A DNA stretch of 64,000 nt from Candidatus Krumholzibacteriia bacterium. GTDB lineage: Bacteria; Krumholzibacteriota; Krumholzibacteriia; WVZY01. The translations under genes and the position numbers were made by a program. The number at the start of each line of letters is the position of its first letter. Position 1 is the first letter of the stretch. The notes beneath the pieces were generated by a model. That model searched no databases. It worked only from the letters and a program-made list of their open reading frames with translations, and was not told where the DNA came from. This document shows positions 61,355 to 64,000 of the stretch, piece after piece. The stretch lies in NCBI GenBank assembly GCA_046754105.1, contig JBHHVD010000002.1:16484-80483 (forward strand). Direction: 5' to 3'.

Positions 61355-64000
61355 TCATGCGGCGCCGCAGCATTTCTTGTATTTCTTACCACTTCCACAG
61401 GGGCAGGGGTCGTTGCGGCCGACCTTCTCCGCTCCCCGCACCACGGGGCGCGTGGGTGCCGGCTGCTTGAGCGCCTGGTCGGTCGCCTGTGATGCGCCCA
61501 TGCTGCTCTTTTGCATTGCGTAGACGTCCGACTCCCGGTGAATAGCCCGGGCGGACGCCAGATCGTGGCGGGTTCGCTCCCGGGCCGCGATCCGGGCGTG
61601 GAAGAAGGCGTGGAGGGCATTGCTGTCGATGGACGCGTTGAGCTCGGAGAAAAGCGCGAACGCCTCCTTCTTGTACTCGACGAGCGGGTCCTTCTGGGCA
61701 TACGCCCGGAAATGGATGCCTTCCTTGAGGTAGTCCAGCTCGTGAAGATGGTCCATCCACTGCTCGTCGATCGTCTGCAGCAGAACATACTTCTCGAATT
61801 CCCGGACGACGTCGGGGCTCCCGAGCTCTTCGTCCAGAAAGCGTTCACGAGTCTCGAGAGCCTCGAGGGCGTGCCGCCGGGCGTGCTCTGTGATGTCGTC
61901 CTCCCCGACCTTCTCGATATCGCCCTCCAGCGGCGGGAACGCGTGCATGAAACTGGACCCCAGGTCGGCGAGCAGATCGGCCACCGGCCATTCCTCGGGG
62001 TGCTGCGCCGGGTTAATGTATTGTGTAACCTTATCCAGCACAACATCATCAATCATTTCTTTAATAATATCCTTTACCTCTTCGGCCTCGATGATCTCGT
62101 CGCGGCGCGCATAGATCGCCTCGCGCTGCCGGTTCATCACGTCGTCATAGTCGATCAGGCGCTTTCGGATCTCGAAGTTGTAGTTCTCGACCTTTTGCTG
62201 CGCCCTGGAGATCGCCCGCGTCACCAGCCGATGCGTGATCACCTCGCCCTCTTCGAGTCCGATACGGTCCATGAGGCTCGAAATGCGCCCTGACCCTCCA
62301 AAGAGCCTCATCAGATCATCTTCCAGCGACAGGAAGAACAGCGATGCCCCCGGGTCGCCCTGGCGGCCGGCGCGACCCCGCAGCTGGCGATCGATACGGC
62401 GCGCCTCGTGGCGCTCCGTACCGATGATGTGCAGGCCGCACGGGACGTCCTGCGCACACTCGGCCGGGTTCACCGTTTCGCCGTTCCGGGTCTTCCACTC
62501 GGTCCGTCCGGAGTGGATCCCGCATTCGTCGCAGCGCACGACCGAGGGCTCCAGTTTGATATCCGTTCCCCTCCCCGCCATGTTGGTCGCGATGGTGACC
62601 GCGCCCGCCTTGCCCGCGTTGGACACGATCCCGGCCTCCTGCTGGTGGTATTTCGCGTTGAGAACGTTGTGGCCGATGCCTCGCCGTTTGAGCAGGCGGC
62701 TGATCAACTCCGATACCTCGACGGTGACCGTCCCGACCAGCACCGGGAGCCGCTTCTCATTGAGGCGCGCGATCTCGTCCACGATCGCGTTGTACTTTTC
62801 GCGCTTCGTGCGGTAGATACGATCGTCATAATCCATCCTGCGCACAGGTTCGTTGGTCGGTATCTCCGCAACACCCAGGGTGTAAATCTTGTGAAACTCC
62901 GCGGCCTCGGTGACCGCCGTGCCCGTCATGCCGGCCAGCTTCTCGTACATCCGGAAATAATTTTGCAGGGTAATCGTCGCCAGCGTCTGCGTTTCGCCTT
63001 CAATTTTGACACGTTCTTTCGCCTCGAGTGCCTGGTGCAGTCCGTCCGAAAAACGGCGCCCGGGCATCAAACGGCCTGTAAACTCGTCGACGATGATGAC
63101 CCGGTCATCCTGCACGACGTATTCCACGTCCCGCTCGAACAGCGTATAGGCTTTCAGCAGCTGGTTGAAGTTGTGGATCGCGTCCGATTTTTCCGCGTAC
63201 CGGCGATGGAGCTGGTCCTTTGCCTTGATCCGCTCGCGTGCATCCAGGGACGCGTCGTCCTCTATGCGCTTTACCTCCTCGCTCATATCCGGAAGCACGA
63301 ACTGGTCGCGGTCATCGGGGTTCAGCGCGTTCCGTCCCTTGTCGGTCAGGTTGATGGTGTTGCCCTTCTCGTCGACCGCGTAGTACAACTCCTCGTCGAG
63401 CAGATGGAGCTTTTTGTCGCGCATGAAGTCGGCCTCGACCCTTGCAATGAGACGATCCATGCCGGGTTCCTTCTTGATCTTCAGAAATCGCGTGTTCTTC
63501 GGGTCCCCGCGGCTGACCTTGAGCAGCGCGCGGCCAACCTCGTCCTCCTCCTCATCGTTGTGCAGTTTCTTTTCCGCCTGCGAGAGCAGGCTGTTGATCA
63601 GGCGATCCTGCAGGGACACGACCCGTTCGACTTCGGGGCGGAGGGCCGCGAAGAGCTCCGAAGACCGGCTTGCAGTGACCGGGCCCGAGATGATGAGCGG
63701 AGTCCGTGCTTCGTCGATGAGCACGCTGTCGACCTCGTCGACAATCGCGTAGAAATGCGGCCGCTGCACCTTGGCTTCCACCCGCGTCTTCATGTTGTCC
63801 CGGAGATAATCGAACCCGAACTCGTTATTGGTGCCGTAGGTGATGTCCTTGCAATACGCTTCCTTGCGCTGTTCGTTCGAATCGTCGTTCTGGATGCAAC
63901 CGATGCTCAATCCCAACAAGCTGTATAGACGCCCCATCCACTGGGCGTCGCGCCGGGCGAGATAATCGTTGACCGTGATCAGGTGAACGCCTTTTCCGGC
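61355..64000 (-). CDS. secA: preprotein translocase SecA (5' truncated)
   Basis: [31 protein letters not shown] and [13 protein letters not shown] motifs; C-terminal SEC-C motif [13 protein letters not shown]. Confidence 0.98.
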   Translation of the reverse strand, partial: AGKGVHLITVNDYLARRDAQWMGRLYSLLGLSIGCIQNDDSNEQRKEAYCKDITYGTNNEFGFDYLRDNMKTRVEAKVQRPHFYAIVDEVDSVLIDEARTPLIISGPVTASRSSELFAALRPEVERVVSLQDRLINSLLSQAEKKLHNDEEEDEVGRALLKVSRGDPKNTRFLKIKKEPGMDRLIARVEADFMRDKKLHLLDEELYYAVDEKGNTINLTDKGRNALNPDDRDQFVLPDMSEEVKRIEDDASLDARERIKAKDQLHRRYAEKSDAIHNFNQLLKAYTLFERDVEYVVQDDRVIIVDEFTGRLMPGRRFSDGLHQALEAKERVKIEGETQTLATITLQNYFRMYEKLAGMTGTAVTEAAEFHKIYTLGVAEIPTNEPVRRMDYDDRIYRTKREKYNAIVDEIARLNEKRLPVLVGTVTVEVSELISRLLKRRGIGHNVLNAKYHQQEAGIVSNAGKAGAVTIATNMAGRGTDIKLEPSVVRCDECGIHSGRTEWKTRNGETVNPAECAQDVPCGLHIIGTERHEARRIDRQLRGRAGRQGDPGASLFFLSLEDDLMRLFGGSGRISSLMDRIGLEEGEVITHRLVTRAISRAQQKVENYNFEIRKRLIDYDDVMNRQREAIYARRDEIIEAEEVKDIIKEMIDDVVLDKVTQYINPAQHPEEWPVADLLADLGSSFMHAFPPLEGDIEKVGEDDITEHARRHALEALETRERFLDEELGSPDVVREFEKYVLLQTIDEQWMDHLHELDYLKEGIHFRAYAQKDPLVEYKKEAFALFSELNASIDSNALHAFFHARIAARERTRHDLASARAIHRESDVYAMQKSSMGASQATDQALKQPAPTRPVVRGAEKVGRNDPCPCGSGKKYKKCCGAA

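Overview
GC-rich bacterial chromosome segment, mostly housekeeping genes on the minus strand. The FCB-type SecA insert, lapAB and an Omp85 fusion suggest a diderm FCB-associated candidate phylum such as Latescibacterota/Krumholzibacteriota (inference). Contents in order: tail of an RsbU/PP2C phosphatase; a signal-dense intergenic region (263-908); a hemN-hemH-hemY operon; an accessory envelope block (beta-helix remnant, OMP, SGNH protein, two paralogous GT-C proteins, EamA); tRNA-Arg, apt, an RpoS-like sigma factor, tRNA-Pro; a frameshifted metH; pcm-surE-GT2-acyltransferase; tRNA-Pro, MerR, gpsA, plsY, der; tRNA-Gly, miaA, mutL, a GAF/degenerate-GGDEF protein, mutS; SPOR, lapB, lapA, rpsA, a cmk-plsC fusion, hisC, rluB, scpBA, xerD, rpsT, proS; an Omp85/peptidase fusion; dapBAF, argF, hslUV, xerC, trmFO, topA, smg and a partial secA. 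No CRISPR array, rRNA or IS was seen. The best candidate for an undescribed system is 280-850. It holds a sigma54-type promoter ahead of a 15-aa tandem-Trp peptide ORF with a hairpin and a downstream anti-SD, a possible antisense unit, and a separately promoted, end-paired ~130-nt structured RNA. All calls come from reading the sequence and motifs by eye; no searches were run.
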